DNA from: an uncultured delta proteobacterium
GTDB taxonomy: Bacteria; Myxococcota_A; Polyangia; Palsa-1104
Reading direction: 5' to 3'
DNA length: 64,000 bases
Assembly (NCBI GenBank): GCA_963785725.1
Contig: CAWAWS010000005.1
Span: 192,001 to 256,000, forward strand
A program made the translations under genes and the position numbers. This document shows, one piece after another, positions 61,169 to 64,000 of this stretch. A model generated the notes under the pieces. The model was not told the DNA's origin. It did not search any database and worked only from the letters and a program-made list of their open reading frames with translations. Numbering within the stretch: position 1 is the first letter of the stretch; each line of letters starts with the position of its first letter.

Positions 61169-62866
61169 TTAAGGTAAGGCGGCGTGGCTCAGCGTCACCG
61201 TGTAGGGCTCGCGTGCGTTGGCCGCCTTTTCGCTCGTGGCTTTGACGACGAGGAAGTAGCGCTTGCCCGTCGTGAGCGCGACGTTGGGGCCGACCGGCAG
61301 CCGCCCTTCGTCGACGATGCGCGCGCCGGCGGCGATCGGTCCGTCGACGCGCGCCGTGGTCGGGCTGCCGTCGCCGGTGACCGCGTACCAATCTTCGTCG
61401 CCGCGCGGCGCGAGCCGGCCGTGCATCGCCGTCGCGCCCGGCAGCCACGGCGTCGCGGTGGCGGCGTTGTCGTTGGGCTCGCGCTCCTCGTCCGGCGCCG
61501 GCGTCACGACGGTGGCGATGATGCGATAAGGCGCGTCGAAGGCGGTGTCGTGGGCGCGCGCCGAGACGCGCACGAGGCCGTCGCCGAGCTTGGCCGGCGG
61601 CAACAGCTCGCCCTGCCCTGCCGGCGCGTCGTCGGCCTTCGCCTGCGTCTTACCGTCGGCGCCGATTCGTTCGAGCTTGAGATCGACCTTGTCGACGCCC
61701 TCGACCTCGACGGTGACGAAGCTGTCGGGTGTGGCGCCCGTGATGCGATAGACGTCGTTGTCGCCGGGCCACAAGAAGCCGGCCAGCTGACCGGTGCCGC
61801 CGTTCAAGACGAGCGGCGTGGCGTGGGCGACGTCGCCGTTGGGCTCGCGCTCGGCGCCGTCGAGCGGCGGCTCGAGGCCGAGCCGAACCTGCCAGCGCGT
61901 CTCCGTCGAGCGCCCTTCGGTCGCGCGCAGCGCGATCAGCGCCGTGCCGCCGGCGACGTCGACGCCGACATTGCGCAGGCGCAGCTCCTCGTTCTTGCCG
62001 GCGCGCGCCTCGGCGAATACGGCCGCTTTGTCGGCGGCGGACGGCTTCGTCGCCGGCGCCGCGGCATTGTCCGCTTGCACCTTGAGCGCGACGGCGACGC
62101 CATCGACCGGCACCAGCTCGATGCGCAAGGTCGCGTGACCATCCGTCGCCGGGACGCCGGCGAGCGACAAGCGCAGCCAATCCTCGTCGCGCTTCTTGCC
62201 GAAGAAGCCGGTGGCGTCGCCGCTCGTGCCGTTCGACAGCTTGACCGACGTCGCGTGCGCCGGGTCGTCGTTGGGCTCGCGCTCCTCGCCCGCCGCCGCC
62301 GGAAACGCCTGCACCGTCAGCTCGTACGGATGCGCCGGATCGCCTTTGGCTACGCCCGCTTCGTGCACGCGCAGGTAATACGTGTGCGCCGGATCGACGC
62401 CGACGTTGGGGATGATCTCGGGCTCGCCCGGTCCGCCGTCGTTGACGCTCATGAGCCGCTTGCCGTCGCCGTCGAGCACGTCGAGCGCCAAGTCGAGCCC
62501 GGCGACGCCGGTCAATTCGACGCGCGCGTACGAGAAGCCCATGTCGGGCGCGACCGCGGCGCCGGGCGCCATCCACGAGAAGTAGTCGTCGTCGCCGACC
62601 GTCTTGGCGCCGGCCGCTTTGGGCGCGCCCATGAAGCCGCGAATGCCCGAGCCCGGCGTCATCGGCTGCGCGCTCCCGACCGTGTCGTCGGGCTCCTGCT
62701 CGTCGACGAGCGGCAGCTTGACGCGATCGGGCGCGCGCTTCTCGGCCTCGACGACTTCGACGGAGGGTCCGCCGTCACCGTGAACGGCGATGGGCTTACG
62801 CGAGCTGCAATGGGCGAGGCAGAGAAACGAGCAGGCCGCGAGGACGCGACCGGCGAAGGGAGTCAT
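61169..62866 (-). CDS. Lipoprotein with four repeated PPC-like beta-sandwich domains
   Basis: Signal peptide with Cys; EQEPDD, EREPND, EREPNG and EREPND, each followed by G..(D/N)xD(W/Y/V). Confidence 0.75.
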   Translation of the reverse strand: MTPFAGRVLAACSFLCLAHCSSRKPIAVHGDGGPSVEVVEAEKRAPDRVKLPLVDEQEPDDTVGSAQPMTPGSGIRGFMGAPKAAGAKTVGDDDYFSWMAPGAAVAPDMGFSYARVELTGVAGLDLALDVLDGDGKRLMSVNDGGPGEPEIIPNVGVDPAHTYYLRVHEAGVAKGDPAHPYELTVQAFPAAAGEEREPNDDPAHATSVKLSNGTSGDATGFFGKKRDEDWLRLSLAGVPATDGHATLRIELVPVDGVAVALKVQADNAAAPATKPSAADKAAVFAEARAGKNEELRLRNVGVDVAGGTALIALRATEGRSTETRWQVRLGLEPPLDGAEREPNGDVAHATPLVLNGGTGQLAGFLWPGDNDVYRITGATPDSFVTVEVEGVDKVDLKLERIGADGKTQAKADDAPAGQGELLPPAKLGDGLVRVSARAHDTAFDAPYRIIATVVTPAPDEEREPNDNAATATPWLPGATAMHGRLAPRGDEDWYAVTGDGSPTTARVDGPIAAGARIVDEGRLPVGPNVALTTGKRYFLVVKATSEKAANAREPYTVTLSHAALP

Positions 62867-63312
62867 CTTTTGAATGTTGCCAGAAACTCGGCTTCGCTGA
62901 CGACTGCACCTTCGACCAGCGCTTTGCCGGCCATTTTCCAGATGGCGCCGCCGCGACGCAGCGGCACGACCTCGATGCGCAGCTGATCGCCGGGCACGAC
63001 CGGCTTACGAAACTTCACCTTGTCGATGCCCATGAAGAACACGAGCGGGCTTTGCCCGGGCTCGGCCATCTGATTGAGCGCCATCACCGCGCCCGCCTGC
63101 GCCATCGCCTCGACCTGCAAGACGCCGGGCATGATCGGATGGCCCGGGAAATGGCCGGCGAAATAGGGCTCGTTGGCGCTGACGTTCTTGATCGCGACCA
63201 CGCGCTCGTCGCCGAGCTCGAGGATGCGATCGATCATCAGAAACGGGAAGCGATGGGGAATGACGCGCTCGATCGCCGGAACGTCGAGCGGCGCGAGGAG
63301 GCCGAGCGGCAT
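62863..63312 (-). CDS. fabZ: 3-hydroxyacyl-ACP dehydratase
   Basis: [46 protein letters not shown]. Confidence 0.97.
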   Translation of the reverse strand: MPLGLLAPLDVPAIERVIPHRFPFLMIDRILELGDERVVAIKNVSANEPYFAGHFPGHPIMPGVLQVEAMAQAGAVMALNQMAEPGQSPLVFFMGIDKVKFRKPVVPGDQLRIEVVPLRRGGAIWKMAGKALVEGAVVSEAEFLATFKR

Positions 63313-63857
63313 TACTTCTTGGAGCTGCCGCCGTTGTTGCTCGACGACGAGTTGTACAGGCGGATGACTTCGCTCGTGATGTCGAGCGACGCCTGCGCCC
63401 ACACGACGGCGGCGCTGTGCTCGAGCACCATCGTGAAGTGATCGCGCTCGGCGATCTTCTGCACGACGCCGGTCAGCTTGGCGAGGATGCCGCGCGTCGC
63501 GTCCTGCTCTTTGGCGGCCAGATCCTTCTGCAGCCGCTGAAACGTGTCCTGGAGCTGCATGAAGCGCTGCTGCAGATCGGCCTGCTCCTTCTGCAACGCT
63601 TCCGGCTTCATCAGCGACGCCTTCTTGTCGAACGCGTCCTTGAGCTTCTTCAGCTCTTCCTGCTTCGCGTCGAGCTCTTGCTGCTTCTTGTCGAAGTCCG
63701 ACTTGAGGCGCGCCTTGGCCGCCTTGCCGTCGTTCGTCTCCTCGAGCGCGCGCTGCAAGTCGACATAAGCGATGTGGTCATCCGCCTGAGCCGCTCGCGC
63801 GGCAAAACCACTGACGAGCGTCAAAGCGAGCGTAAAGGCGAAGATGGAACGGGTCAT
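63312..63857 (-). CDS. skp: Skp/OmpH periplasmic chaperone
   Basis: Signal peptide, [10 protein letters not shown], coiled coil, LDITSEVI. Confidence 0.92.
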   Translation of the reverse strand: MTRSIFAFTLALTLVSGFAARAAQADDHIAYVDLQRALEETNDGKAAKARLKSDFDKKQQELDAKQEELKKLKDAFDKKASLMKPEALQKEQADLQQRFMQLQDTFQRLQKDLAAKEQDATRGILAKLTGVVQKIAERDHFTMVLEHSAAVVWAQASLDITSEVIRLYNSSSSNNGGSSKK

Positions 63858-63911
63858 GTCAGCTCCTAGATTTCGGCCGTTTCTTATGTGACGCACTAGC
63901 AATAGTCAAGC

Positions 63912-64000
63912 TTAGAAGAAGTTACCGATCGTGAACTCGAAGACGATCGGATCTTCACCCTGCTGGCGATTGAGCGGAATGCCCCACTCGAAGCGCAGCG
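63912..64000 (-). CDS. bamA: BamA C-terminus (partial)
   Basis: LRFEWGIPL...IVFEFTIGNFF* with terminal Phe, directly upstream of skp. Confidence 0.9.
   Translation of the reverse strand, partial: LRFEWGIPLNRQQGEDPIVFEFTIGNFF

Overview
High-GC, gene-dense chromosomal window. Protein families and gene order (ScpAB, an MCP-less che cluster next to nusB/rib/fab genes, a Haliangium-like BMC-T shell gene, a long MCE protein) point to a myxobacterium (inference). Most of the window is housekeeping: fatty acid, riboflavin and thiamine synthesis, xerD, scpAB, rluB, tldD/pmbA, Mla/MCE, alr and bamA-skp-fabZ. An accessory block at about 3-15 kb holds flotillin/NfeD, three tandem YbjQ-like paralogues, a MarR-BKACE acyl-CoA cluster and an AhpD-like pair. 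Single-base frameshifts in many normally essential genes indicate uncorrected sequencing indels, so several ORF-track entries are split or falsely fused. Main observations: (1) an unannotated Asp-rich 13-aa leader peptide with mutually exclusive RNA helices upstream of a non-discriminating aspS, a candidate ribosome-mediated attenuator; (2) an AhpD/CMD-like gene with an in-frame TGA in a CxxU motif followed by a SECIS-like hairpin, a probable selenoprotein; (3) bamA-skp-fabZ with lpxD and lpxA missing; (4) several enzyme homologues with altered catalytic residues; (5) two highly structured intergenic elements; (6) repeated leaderless-style promoter spacing. All family assignments are by motif recognition; no searches were run.
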